The notes beneath the pieces were generated by a model that did not search any database, was not told the DNA's origin, and was given only the letters and a program-made list of their open reading frames with translations. Shown here in pieces: positions 1 to 8,882 of a DNA stretch of 64,000 bases (within the stretch, counting starts at the first letter, position 1; each line of letters opens with the position of its first letter). The stretch covers positions 312,248-376,247 of the forward strand of contig CAWDQZ010000009.1 of the NCBI GenBank assembly GCA_963804595.1, given 5' to 3'. A program made the translations under genes and the position numbers. The stretch comes from an uncultured Solirubrobacterales bacterium. Lineage in GTDB: Bacteria > Actinomycetota > Thermoleophilia > Solirubrobacterales > 70-9.

Positions 1-893
1 CGACCACGGAGAACCCCTACTTCGAGGTCAATTCGGCGCTGCTCTCGCGCGCCCAGATCTACGAGTTCCGGCCGCTCACCGACGAGGAGATCGAGGGGCT
101 GCTGCGGCGGGCGCTGAGTGACGAGCGGGGCATCTCCAGCGCTCCGCCGGTGCCCGACGACGCCCTAGCGATGCTGGCGGCGCGCTCGGGCGGCGATGCC
201 CGCGTCGCCCTGGCGGCGCTCGAGCGCGCGGTAGAGACCACCTCCGCCGCCGGCGAGGGCGAGGTCACGATCGCCGCTGTCGAGGACGCGCTCCAGCGCA
301 AGGCGCTGCTCTACGACCGTGAGGGCGACAGGCACTACGACTACATCTCGGCCTGGATCAAGGCGACCCGTGGCTCGGATGTCGACGCCTCCATCTACTA
401 CCTGGCCGTGATGCTCGAAGGCGGCGAGGACCCTCGCTTCATCGCCCGCCGGATGGTGATCTTCGCTTCCGAGGACGTGGGCAACGCCGACCCGCAGGCT
501 CTGCTGGTCGCCAACGCCGCGGCCCAGGCCGTCGACCGGGTCGGGCTGCCCGAGTGCGCGCTCAACCTCGCCCAGGCGGCGGCCTACCTCGCCCTGGCAC
601 CGAAGTCGAACGCCTCGACCCGGGCGATCTCGCGAGCTTCGGCGCACGTCCGCGAGCACGGCGCCGCGGAGCCTCCCCCCTACCTGCAGGACGCCCACTA
701 CCCGGGCGCCCGCAAGCTCGGGCGGGGCGAGGGTTACCGCTACCCGCACGATGGGCCGGAGGCGGTGACCGACCAGCCGCTCTCCCCGGAGTCCGTCCGC
801 GACCAGCGCTTCTACGAGCCGACCGACCGCGGCTTCGAGGCGCAGCTGGGCGAGCGCCTCGAGCGGCTGCGACAGCTGCTCGGCAAGCGTTAG
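1..893 (+). CDS. rarA: Replication-associated recombination protein A (RarA/MgsA), C-terminal part; the 5' end lies outside the window
   Basis: The frame is open from the window edge (codons from nt 3) to TAG 891-893. The translation ..NPYFEVNSALLSRAQIYEFRPL..DRHYDYISAWIKATRGSDVDASIYYLAVMLEGGEDPRFIARRMVIFASEDVGNADP is typical of the RarA lid and MgsA_C domains. Confidence 0.85.
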   Translation, partial: TTENPYFEVNSALLSRAQIYEFRPLTDEEIEGLLRRALSDERGISSAPPVPDDALAMLAARSGGDARVALAALERAVETTSAAGEGEVTIAAVEDALQRKALLYDREGDRHYDYISAWIKATRGSDVDASIYYLAVMLEGGEDPRFIARRMVIFASEDVGNADPQALLVANAAAQAVDRVGLPECALNLAQAAAYLALAPKSNASTRAISRASAHVREHGAAEPPPYLQDAHYPGARKLGRGEGYRYPHDGPEAVTDQPLSPESVRDQRFYEPTDRGFEAQLGERLERLRQLLGKR

Positions 894-1214
894 CCGCAGA
901 TTAAGAGCGCTCGAACCCGGCTTTGCTGAACGCGCAACCTTTCGGAGAAGACCGTGTTCTGGAGATCGTCTGACGCTCTGGCAAGTAACGCGAACGGCGG
1001 CCACAAACACCGCCGCCGGATCAGCCGGAGCCGGCGCGTAAAAAGCCGGGGAGTGGACACGGAGGCCGGGAGCTCGGGGATTGCTCTCGGCCTCCACATC
1101 TTTCGTCGGACGAAAGAGCAGGGAAGAGGGGAACAGCGGCCTCGGCGGGAGGCCGCTGTGCTCCGCGTAGAATCGGCCTCGACCGAGCGGAAGCGACGAG
1201 AGGAAGTCACAGCG

Positions 1215-2894
1215 ATGGAGGCCAGCTCCAGCAAGACCAGTACCAGCCGCAAGTCGGGGGGCAATGGGCGGAGCGGCAACGGTGCCGCGACGAAATCGCC
1301 GAGGAAGGCCAAGTCGCAGCAGGGCTCCGGCTCGAAGGGACTCGAGTCCTTCAACCCCGCAACCGGGGAGCTGGTCGGCCGCGTGGAGACCCTGACCCCG
1401 TCCAAGGTGCAGGGGGTGGTCGACGACGTCGCCGAGGTGCAGCCCTTCTGGGCCGCCCTGACGCTCCAGGACCGCGCCCGCTACCTGCGCCGCGCCTGCG
1501 ACGTGGTGCTCGAGGACATGGACGACCTGGCAGAGCTGCTCACCAACGAACAGGGCAAGCCGCGGGTCGAGAGCTACACGATGGAGCTCCTCCCCACCGT
1601 CGACTCCCTCAAGTGGATCGCCGACAACGGCCCGGAGATCCTGGCCGACGAGAAGCAGTCGATGCCGGTCTTCCTGAAGTCGAAGAGCGCCAAGTTCACC
1701 TACGAGCCGATCGGCGTCGTGGGAGTGATCGCTCCCTGGAACTACCCCTGGTCGATCCCCTTCGGCGAGGTCGCGATCGCGTTGATGGCGGGCAATGGCG
1801 TGGTGTTGAAGCCCGCCAGCCTGACGCCCCTGATCGGCGATCGGATCCGCCAGACCTTCGAGAAGGCCGGCCTCCCCGAGGGCCTCGTCCGCACCGTCCA
1901 CGGCGGCGGCCGGATCGGCGACGCGCTGGTCAAGTCGACCGCGGGAAAGATCTTCTTCACGGGCTCCGTCGAGGTCGGCCAGAAGGTCGGTGTCGAGTGC
2001 GCCAAGCGAATGAAGGGCTCGGTGCTCGAGCTCGGCGGCAAGGACCCGGCGATCATCTGTCCCGATGCCGACCTGGCGAATGCAGTCTCGGGGACGGTCT
2101 GGGGCGGGTTCGCCAACGCGGGACAGACCTGCTCGGGGATCGAGCGCGTCTACGTCCACAGGGACGTCGCCGACGCGTACCTGGACGGTCTCGTGCGCGA
2201 GACGGAGCGCCTCAGGGTCGGCGATCCGCTCGAGTGGACGACCGAGATCGGCCCGATGGTCTCGGAGGAGCAGGCGAAGATCGTCAGCGAGCTGGTCGAG
2301 GACGCCGTCGAGAGCGGCGCCACCAAGCTCACCGGTGGTCCGACGAAGGTCGAGGGGATGAAGGGAAGCTTCATCTCGCCGGTAGTACTCACCGGCGTCA
2401 CGCACGAGATGCGGATCATGAAGGAGGAGATCTTCGGCCCGGTGCTGCCCGTGGTGACGGTCGACTCCGAGGAACAGGCGATCGGGCTCGCCAACGACTC
2501 CCGGTTCGGCCTCGGGGCATCGGTCTGGACCAAGGACCGCGCCAAGGGCGAGCGCATGGCTCACCAGATTCAGTCGGGAATGGTCTGGATCAACGACCAC
2601 TCCTTCTCGCACGGCGCCTGCGTCTGCGCCTGGGGCGGCGTCAAGGAGTCCGGCCTGGGCCGCTCCCACTCCAAGTTCGGCTTCTACGAGTGCGTGAACA
2701 TCAAGCAGCTCGCCTGGGAGCCCGGCTGGGCCCGCGACATGTGGTGGCAGCCGTACGACCGCAAGCTGGGGGACGCGATCCGCTACTCGGCGCAGCTGCT
2801 CTACAGCCGCAACGGGAACCGCCTCCAGGCGCTGCGCGAGGGAATCCGCCCGCTGGTGGAGGTCACCCGCCGGACGATGCGAAAGGGCGCCTAG
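1215..2894 (+). CDS. NAD(P)-dependent aldehyde dehydrogenase family protein with a Ser/Gly/Lys-rich N-terminal extension
   Basis: This lies within ORF 954-2894. The 954-1214 part has non-coding-like codon usage, and ATG 1215 is preceded by GAGAGGAAG. The ALDH hallmarks ELGGKDP and GQTCSGIERVYV (catalytic Cys) and the N-terminal ESFNPATGE are present. Confidence 0.85.
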   Translation: MEASSSKTSTSRKSGGNGRSGNGAATKSPRKAKSQQGSGSKGLESFNPATGELVGRVETLTPSKVQGVVDDVAEVQPFWAALTLQDRARYLRRACDVVLEDMDDLAELLTNEQGKPRVESYTMELLPTVDSLKWIADNGPEILADEKQSMPVFLKSKSAKFTYEPIGVVGVIAPWNYPWSIPFGEVAIALMAGNGVVLKPASLTPLIGDRIRQTFEKAGLPEGLVRTVHGGGRIGDALVKSTAGKIFFTGSVEVGQKVGVECAKRMKGSVLELGGKDPAIICPDADLANAVSGTVWGGFANAGQTCSGIERVYVHRDVADAYLDGLVRETERLRVGDPLEWTTEIGPMVSEEQAKIVSELVEDAVESGATKLTGGPTKVEGMKGSFISPVVLTGVTHEMRIMKEEIFGPVLPVVTVDSEEQAIGLANDSRFGLGASVWTKDRAKGERMAHQIQSGMVWINDHSFSHGACVCAWGGVKESGLGRSHSKFGFYECVNIKQLAWEPGWARDMWWQPYDRKLGDAIRYSAQLLYSRNGNRLQALREGIRPLVEVTRRTMRKGA

Positions 2895-2994
2895 AGACGT
2901 CCGCATCGCTCCGATTCGGCGTATTTGGCGCAAATAGGGAGGGCGAACCGAAAAGTGGGTGTGAGGCGCCTCGCGCCTTGCTAACCTGCCGACC

Positions 2995-3142
2995 GCATTT
3001 CCGCTGAATCTCCAGTCCACAGGAAGGACGGAGATCGGGGGAACCACAGAGTTGGGGCGAATCGCGGGCAGTACGCCGCGTAGCGCGATCTTTCAGCGCG
3101 AGCCCGTCAGCTAACCCCGTAAGCAACGAAAGAGGAAGGTTT
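2995..3142 (+). promoter_or_regulatory. Cyclic-di-AMP riboswitch (ydaO/yuaA motif)
   Basis: The ordered conserved blocks are CCGCTGAATC, GGAGATCGGGGGAACCA, TTGGGGCGAATC, GAGCCCGTCAGCTAACCCCGTAAGCA and CGAAAGAGGAAGG. They mirror the B. subtilis ydaO leader blocks CGCTTAATC, GCGGGGGACCCA, GGGGTGAATC, CCGTCAGCTAACCTCGTAAGCG and GAAAGGAGAGGA. The element lies in a 470-nt non-coding spacer. Confidence 0.75.
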
Positions 3143-3363
3143 TGACGAGCAAGCGTCAAAGGACGGGGTGCGTCCTGCCGCGACTGCATGATTTAGGTAG
3201 CTGGATCGGGTCTTTTTGAGTAGCCGGCCCGTGGACGCCAGGAGGGCCACAAGCTCACCGTCGCTCAAGCACGGGCGGGCGAATTGCCGATGAACGTTTT
3301 GCGGAGCGCTGCGACACCTGTCCAGATCGGACTAACGAAAACCGCGTAGGAAATCACCAAACC

Positions 3364-4257
3364 ATGACCGTCAATCGACGCTTCCGCTCCCTTCTCAGCG
3401 CCGCCGGACTGCTGGCCGTGCTCCTCCTCGGCGTCCTGGCCGTGAGCTCCGCCTTCGCCGGCGGCGCTCACAGCTCCAAGGCGAAGGCCGCCGGTTCGGT
3501 GACCATGCGGAGCAAGAGCTTCACCCTCTCCCGTCCGGACGAGAAGCGCCGGCTGACCGTCGGTTGCCCCGGCAAGCAGCGCCCCCTGGGTGGCGGAATG
3601 ACGAGCTCCCCGCCCCCGACCGCCGGTGGCGAGGGTGTCTACCCCCACTCCTACGAGCGGCTGGGCGTCCAGCGCGGCTGGCACGTCACGGCGGTCCTCT
3701 ACGACCCCGACCACCACAGTACGCAGCCGCGGAACGTGACGCTGCAGGTCACCTGCGGCCCCCGCATCGGGCACGTGACCCCGCCGCACAGGACGAAGTA
3801 CGTGAAGCCCGGCCAGACCAAGACCGTCGTCGCGACCTGTCCCGGCCGCCGTCACCTCTTCTCCGGCGGCTTCCAGCGCACCGACTTCATCTCGCAGGGC
3901 GGCAACTACGTGATCGAGTCCCGCGCGATCTCCGACAAGTCCTGGCGTGTGATCGGCCATGCCTTCGGCCACTTCGGCGGCGAGCTCACGGCGATCGCCT
4001 ACTGCACACGAAGCAAGCGGCCGATGATCTCCGAGGTCTCCCAATCCACCTCGCTCGGCGCGGGCTACGGTACCGCGACCACACCGACCTGCCCGCCCGG
4101 AACGCGGATGACGGCCGGCGGCTTCTCGAGCAACGGGTCGACCACCACCTTCCTGACGAACGGCCTGATCAACCTGGACGGAACCTGGTCGGCCTCGGGC
4201 TACAACTGGGGCTCAGCGGCCACGCTGACCGCCTACGGCTACTGCCTGCGCGCCTGA
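3364..4257 (+). CDS. Secreted hypothetical protein with three tandem ~85-aa Cys-containing repeats
   Basis: ATG 3364 is followed by the signal peptide MTVNRRFRSLLSAAGLLAVLLLGVLAVSSAFA. There are three modules, each with C-P-x-G..GG[GF] near its start and ..Y-C / T-C near its end (CPGKQRPLGGG..VTCGPR; CPGRRHLFSGGF..AYCTRS; CPPGTRMTAGGF..GYCLRA). GC3 is high. Confidence 0.7.
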   Translation: MTVNRRFRSLLSAAGLLAVLLLGVLAVSSAFAGGAHSSKAKAAGSVTMRSKSFTLSRPDEKRRLTVGCPGKQRPLGGGMTSSPPPTAGGEGVYPHSYERLGVQRGWHVTAVLYDPDHHSTQPRNVTLQVTCGPRIGHVTPPHRTKYVKPGQTKTVVATCPGRRHLFSGGFQRTDFISQGGNYVIESRAISDKSWRVIGHAFGHFGGELTAIAYCTRSKRPMISEVSQSTSLGAGYGTATTPTCPPGTRMTAGGFSSNGSTTTFLTNGLINLDGTWSASGYNWGSAATLTAYGYCLRA

Positions 4258-4302
4258 CGCGCCCGGGCCCCGCTCCACCTCAACCGTCTAGATTCGGCTC
4301 CG

Positions 4303-4986
4303 ATGATGGAGCGGACGGCCGTCGAAGGCCGCTCGGCTGAGGTGCACACCGCGAGTCGGGGGCTCGAGCCCGCGATCGAGCTCGCCGGCTTGAGGCGCGA
4401 CTTCGGCGACCGCACGGCCCTCGACGGCGTCGACCTGCGGGTGGACGCCGGCGCGAGCGTTGCGATCCTGGGTCCGAACGGCTCGGGGAAGTCCACCCTG
4501 CTGCGCATCCTCGCCGGGCTGCTCCGACCGACCGCGGGCGAGGTCTCCGTGCTCGGAGTGAGCCTGCCGAAGGAGACCCACCGCCTGCGCGGGAAGGTGG
4601 GCTATCTCGGCCACGAGCCGCTGCTCTACCGTGACCTGAGCCCGCGCGAAAACCTGCAGCTGGCGGCCGCTCTCAACGGGATTCCTGAGGAGACGGCTGA
4701 GCCCCGCATCGGTGCGCTGATCGACACGGTTGGCATGCGCCCCCGGGCGGACGACCGCGTGGCCGAGCTCAGCGCCGGGATGAAGCAGCGGATCGACATC
4801 TGCCGCGCGGTCCTGCACGAGCCGGAGCTGCTCCTGCTCGACGAGCCCGACGCGCATCTCGATCCCGAGGCGCGGAGGCAGATCGCTCCGCTGATCGCGG
4901 CGGGAGATGGACGCACTCGCTTGGTGGTCAGCCACGACCGCGGGGCGGCGACCGAGGACTCCGACTTCGTGGTGGAGCTGGGATGA
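4303..4986 (+). CDS. ccmA: Heme exporter ATP-binding protein CcmA (ABC ATPase)
   Basis: Walker A GPNGSGKST, signature LSAGMKQR and Walker B LLLLDEP are present. It is the first gene in a ccmA-B-C-D order. Confidence 0.8.
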   Translation: MMERTAVEGRSAEVHTASRGLEPAIELAGLRRDFGDRTALDGVDLRVDAGASVAILGPNGSGKSTLLRILAGLLRPTAGEVSVLGVSLPKETHRLRGKVGYLGHEPLLYRDLSPRENLQLAAALNGIPEETAEPRIGALIDTVGMRPRADDRVAELSAGMKQRIDICRAVLHEPELLLLDEPDAHLDPEARRQIAPLIAAGDGRTRLVVSHDRGAATEDSDFVVELG

Positions 4987-5651
4987 CCGCCTTTGGCGCG
5001 CTGCTGCGCAAGGACCTGCGGGTAGAGCTGCGAACGCTCCGCTCGATTCCCGCGATGGCGCTGTTCGCCGTCACTGCCTTCGTGATCTTCCGCTTCGGCC
5101 TCGATCGCGAGCGGCTCTCCGGGGAGCTCGCCGCCGGGGTCCTGGTGCCGACGCTGCTCTTCGCCGCACTGCTCGCCATCAACCGCCTCTTCGTCGCCGA
5201 GCGCGAGGAGGGCGGCTTCGACCTCGTCCGGCTCGCCCCCGTCGACGGCACCATCCTGTTCGCGGCGAAGGCGAGCGCCCTCGTCGTCTATCTCGTCGTG
5301 CTCGAGCTGGTCGCGGTGCCGATCTTCGCCCTCTTCTTCCTCGACTCGGCCTCGGGGCTCCTCCCCTTCGCGCTCGTCCTCCTGCTCGCCGACATCGGGC
5401 TGGCGGCCACAGGAACCGTGATCTCGACCATCGCGACGATGTCGAGCGCGCGAGACCTGCTCGCACCTCTCATACTGCTGCCGCTGCTCGTCCCCCTGGT
5501 GATCGCGGCCGCCGGGGCCGGCGAGCACCTGCTGGCCGAGGGCGGCCCGGACTACGGGCGCTTTGGTACGTGGCTCGGATTGCTCGGCCTCTACGATTTG
5601 ATCTTCCTCCTGGTCGGCTACGCGACCTTCGACTTCCTGCTCGACGACTAG
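4983..5651 (+). CDS. ccmB: Heme exporter membrane protein CcmB
   Basis: ATGA overlap with the ccmA stop. It is a polytopic hydrophobic 222-aa protein whose size and position are typical of CcmB. Confidence 0.75.
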   Translation: MTAFGALLRKDLRVELRTLRSIPAMALFAVTAFVIFRFGLDRERLSGELAAGVLVPTLLFAALLAINRLFVAEREEGGFDLVRLAPVDGTILFAAKASALVVYLVVLELVAVPIFALFFLDSASGLLPFALVLLLADIGLAATGTVISTIATMSSARDLLAPLILLPLLVPLVIAAAGAGEHLLAEGGPDYGRFGTWLGLLGLYDLIFLLVGYATFDFLLDD

Positions 5652-5661
5652 CCAGGGACAG

Positions 5662-6357
5662 ATGGCCAACGCGCTCAAATCGATAACCCTGCGCCGCCTC
5701 GCGGTCGCGACCGTCCTGGTCATGGGGGCTGGCTACGCGCTCGCCTTCTTCGCCGCGCCGGAGGACGCCGACCAGGGGTTCATCCAGAAGATCTTCTATC
5801 TGCACGTGCCGCTCGCGACCGTGGCACTGGGCGGCTGGATCGTCGCGGCGATCCACGCCATCCGCCACCTGCGCACGGGCGACCCCAAGTACGACGCCCG
5901 CTCCTACGTCTCGATCCACATCTCCGTGATCTTCGGGCTGGCCGTGCTGCTCACCGGCGCGATCTGGGCGAAGGGTTCCTGGGGCGTCTGGTGGGAGTGG
6001 AAGGAGCCGACGCTGGTCAGCTTCCTGATCGTCTTCCTGCTCTACGCGACCTACTACCCCCTGCGCTACGCGATCGAGGACCGCGACCGCCAGGCGCGCT
6101 ACGCCTCCGTCTTCGCGATCACGGCCGGCGCCTTCGTCCCGCTCAACTTCCTCGCCGTCCGGCTGGCGCAGCCGCTGATCCACCCGCGCACCTTTTCCTC
6201 CGCCGGAGGCCTGCCGGATTCGATGCTGTGGCCGTTCCTCGTCTGCCTCGTCGGGATGGCGATGCTATGGGCCACCCTGGTCTGGTTCGAGCTCGACTCG
6301 AAGGCCGCCTCGGCCCATCTGAAGCGGATCCGCCGCGCGCTGGAGGCCACGGCGTGA
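5662..6357 (+). CDS. ccmC: Heme exporter protein CcmC
   Basis: FYLHVPLA and GSWGVWWEWKEPTLVSFLIVFLLY align with E. coli CcmC YLHVPAA and PMWGTWWVWDARLTSELVLLFLY. A second conserved His is present (PLIHPR). Confidence 0.85.
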   Translation: MANALKSITLRRLAVATVLVMGAGYALAFFAAPEDADQGFIQKIFYLHVPLATVALGGWIVAAIHAIRHLRTGDPKYDARSYVSIHISVIFGLAVLLTGAIWAKGSWGVWWEWKEPTLVSFLIVFLLYATYYPLRYAIEDRDRQARYASVFAITAGAFVPLNFLAVRLAQPLIHPRTFSSAGGLPDSMLWPFLVCLVGMAMLWATLVWFELDSKAASAHLKRIRRALEATA

Positions 6358-6614
6358 TCCCGCTCCTCGCGATCGAGAACTCCGACCGCTACGTGGGCGG
6401 GGCCTATCTCGTCTTCCTGCTCCTGCTGCTGATCTACGTGGCGATCATGGCTGCGAAGCTGAGCCGCATCCAGCGCGAGCTCGGCTCGCTCGCCGACCTG
6501 GCCGAGAGGCAGCACCCGCGCCGGCCCGATCACGACGTCGGGCAGATCCGCGAGCGCGAGCAGGACATGGACTCCGTCAGGGAGGAGACCCAGAGGGAGG
6601 AGGCGGCCCGATGA
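6354..6614 (+). CDS. Small single-TM protein, CcmD-like
   Basis: GTG 6354 overlaps the ccmC stop (GTGA), and the stop overlaps the hemA ATG (ATGA). One TM helix (YLVFLLLLLIYVAIMAA) is followed by a charged tail. The position matches ccmD, but there are no diagnostic motifs. Confidence 0.45.
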   Translation: MIPLLAIENSDRYVGGAYLVFLLLLLIYVAIMAAKLSRIQRELGSLADLAERQHPRRPDHDVGQIREREQDMDSVREETQREEAAR

Positions 6615-7960
6615 GCGGCCTCCTCGCCCTCGGCGTATCGCACCGCACTGCCCCCCTTGCGCTGCGCGAGCAGCTGGCGCTGACCGAGGGACGGGCCGCG
6701 GGAGTACTGAGCGCGCTGGTCTCAGAGGAGCCCATCTCGGAGGCCGCGGCACTCTCCACCTGCAACCGCACCGAGCTCTATCTCGTTGCAACCGACTCGG
6801 TCGAGGCCGAGACGGCGGGGCTCGGCGTCCTCGCGCGCGAGGCGGGTATCCCTCCGACGGAGCTCCTCGGCCCGCTCTATTCGCTCCGAGGCACCGAGGC
6901 CGCGCGGAACCTCTACCGGGTGACCGCAGGTCTCGACTCGATGATCCTCGGCGAGGCCGAGATCCAGGGCCAGGTGAAGCGCGCCTACGAGCTCGCTCTG
7001 GTCGAGGGCGCCACCGGGCCGATCCTGAACCGGATGTTCCGGGGCGCCCTTGCCGCCGGCAAGCGCGCGCGGACCGAGACCGCGGTCGGCGAGAAGGGCG
7101 TCTCGATTCCGTCGGTGGCGGTCGAGCTCGCCCAGCGCAACCTCGGCGACCTCTCGGCCCGGCGCGTTCTCCTGATCGGCGCCGGCGAGACCTCCGAGCT
7201 CACGGCGCGCGCGCTCGCGGCGCGCGGCTCCGACGCCGTCTTCATCGCGAATCGCGGCTACAAGAGGGCCATCTCGCTGGCGGAGAAGTTCGGTGGCATC
7301 GCCGTTCGAATCGACGAGCTGCCAACCCAGCTGGCGAGCGCCGACATCGTCGTCTCGACGACCAACTCGCCACACCACCTGATCGAGCGCTCCGAGCTCG
7401 AGCTGCTGATGAGCCAACGCGAGGGCGCGCCGCTCCTCCTCATCGACCTGGCCGTGCCGCGGGACATCGATCCCGAGTGCCGGGAGATCGACGGTGTGAG
7501 CCTCTACGACGTCGACGAGGTGCAGGCGATCGTCGAACGCAACGCCTCCGGTCGGGAGGCCGAGGCCCGCCGCGCGAGCGGGATCCTGGACGCCGAGCTC
7601 TCCCGCTTCGAGCGCTGGCTCGGCGCCCAGGAGGTCATGCCGACGGTCACGGGCCTGCGCGAGAGGGCCGACGCGATCGTCTCTCAGGTGCTCGCCGAGA
7701 ACGCCACCCGCTGGGAGAGTCTCTCGGCGACCGACCGCGAGCGCGTGGAGATGCTCGCCCGCGCGATCGCCAACCGGCTCCTCCACGAACCCACGGTCCG
7801 GCTCAAGGGGGTGGCCGATCGCGAGGACGCGTACCTGCAGGTGAGCGCCCTCCGCGAGCTGTTCGGCCTCGATGCCGGCACCGAGCCCGAGGCCGACTCC
7901 GGCGAGGGCGCCGATGTCGCCTCTCTCGACGAGAGGCGACATCGCAGCGAGCGTGGCTGA
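6611..7960 (+). CDS. hemA: Glutamyl-tRNA reductase
   Basis: The N-terminus is LLALGVSHRTAPLALRE. The catalytic-Cys motif STCNRTELY and the Rossmann motif LLIGAGETSE are present. Confidence 0.9.
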   Translation: MSGLLALGVSHRTAPLALREQLALTEGRAAGVLSALVSEEPISEAAALSTCNRTELYLVATDSVEAETAGLGVLAREAGIPPTELLGPLYSLRGTEAARNLYRVTAGLDSMILGEAEIQGQVKRAYELALVEGATGPILNRMFRGALAAGKRARTETAVGEKGVSIPSVAVELAQRNLGDLSARRVLLIGAGETSELTARALAARGSDAVFIANRGYKRAISLAEKFGGIAVRIDELPTQLASADIVVSTTNSPHHLIERSELELLMSQREGAPLLLIDLAVPRDIDPECREIDGVSLYDVDEVQAIVERNASGREAEARRASGILDAELSRFERWLGAQEVMPTVTGLRERADAIVSQVLAENATRWESLSATDRERVEMLARAIANRLLHEPTVRLKGVADREDAYLQVSALRELFGLDAGTEPEADSGEGADVASLDERRHRSERG

Positions 7961-8882
7961 GCGACCACTTCGGCTCGGGACGCGCGGCAGCGCCCTCGCC
8001 CTCGCGCAGGCGAACGCCGTCGCCAAGCTGATCGGCGGCGCAGAGGTCGTGCCGATCAAGACCTCTGACCAGCCTGAAACGGGTCGGGCTGACGCGCGCC
8101 CTCGCACACACTCGGACAAGGCCCGCTTCGTCATGGAGATCGAGCAGGCGCTGCTCGCCGGAGAGGTCGACCTCGGGGTGCATTCGGCAAAGGACCTGCC
8201 GACCGATCTTCCCGATGGGCTCGAGATCGCCGGCGTCCCAGAGCGGGCGGACCCTCGCGATGCGTATCTCGGGCGGGTCAACTCCCTGGGCGACGCTCCC
8301 CTCGGCCAGAGGATCGGTACCTCGAGCCTGCGTCGCCGCGCCCAACTCCTGGCCCAGCGCCCGGATCTGGAGGTGGTCGCGCTGCACGGCAACGTGGATA
8401 CACGGCTGGCGCGCCTCGAGACGGGTGACTTCGATGCCCTGGTGCTCGCCATGGCCGGGCTGATGCGCCTCGGGCGGGCGGAGGAGGCCATGCCCGTGGA
8501 ATTCGACGAGCTGATTCCTGCGCCAGGGCAGGGAGCGATCGCGATCGAGTCCCGCCACTCGGACAACCGCGGAACCACCGCAGCAGAATCGATCACGGAC
8601 CGAGGGTCGCTTGGCAGGCTGAGCGCCGAGCGCTCGCTGGTTGCGGCTCTCGATGCGAGCTGCAACACCCCGCTCGGGGCCATCGCGACGCTCGAACGGG
8701 GAGGCCGCATGCGCTTGCGCGCCTTCTGCGGGCTGCCGGACGGCAGCGAATGGCTCCGCGACGAGCTCGAGGAGGACGCCTCGGACCCCGAGGGGCTCGG
8801 CGTCGCCCTCGCTCAGCGGATGAAGACGGCGGGGGCGGCGGACATCCTGAAGCGGGCCGAATCGATGATGGCCGGGACATGA
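7914..8882 (+). CDS. hemC: Hydroxymethylbilane synthase (porphobilinogen deaminase)
   Basis: LRLGTRGSALALAQA is present near the N-terminus, and the cofactor-Cys region reads LDASCNTPLGA. The start is ambiguous: ATG 7872, ATG 7914, or GTG 7953 overlapping the hemA stop. Confidence 0.85.
   Translation: MSPLSTRGDIAASVAERPLRLGTRGSALALAQANAVAKLIGGAEVVPIKTSDQPETGRADARPRTHSDKARFVMEIEQALLAGEVDLGVHSAKDLPTDLPDGLEIAGVPERADPRDAYLGRVNSLGDAPLGQRIGTSSLRRRAQLLAQRPDLEVVALHGNVDTRLARLETGDFDALVLAMAGLMRLGRAEEAMPVEFDELIPAPGQGAIAIESRHSDNRGTTAAESITDRGSLGRLSAERSLVAALDASCNTPLGAIATLERGGRMRLRAFCGLPDGSEWLRDELEEDASDPEGLGVALAQRMKTAGAADILKRAESMMAGT

Noticed and set aside
954-1214. An upstream GTG start at 954 extending the aldehyde dehydrogenase by 87 aa.
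   Set aside because: This segment uses codons atypical for the window (AGA, GTA, AAA, ATT, TTT) and is hairpin-rich. ATG 1215 has a proper purine-rich RBS.
165-3047. Very long antisense or alternative-frame ORFs, for example 165-3047(-), 6722-8710(-), 8813-10447(-), 24772-26568(+, upstream part), 31676-33973(-), 50462-52141(-) and 58840-60318(-).
   Set aside because: Their products are Arg/Gly/Pro/Asp-rich with no motifs, and they lie opposite or out of phase with genes that have clear family signatures. Long spurious ORFs are expected in very GC-rich DNA because stop codons are rare.
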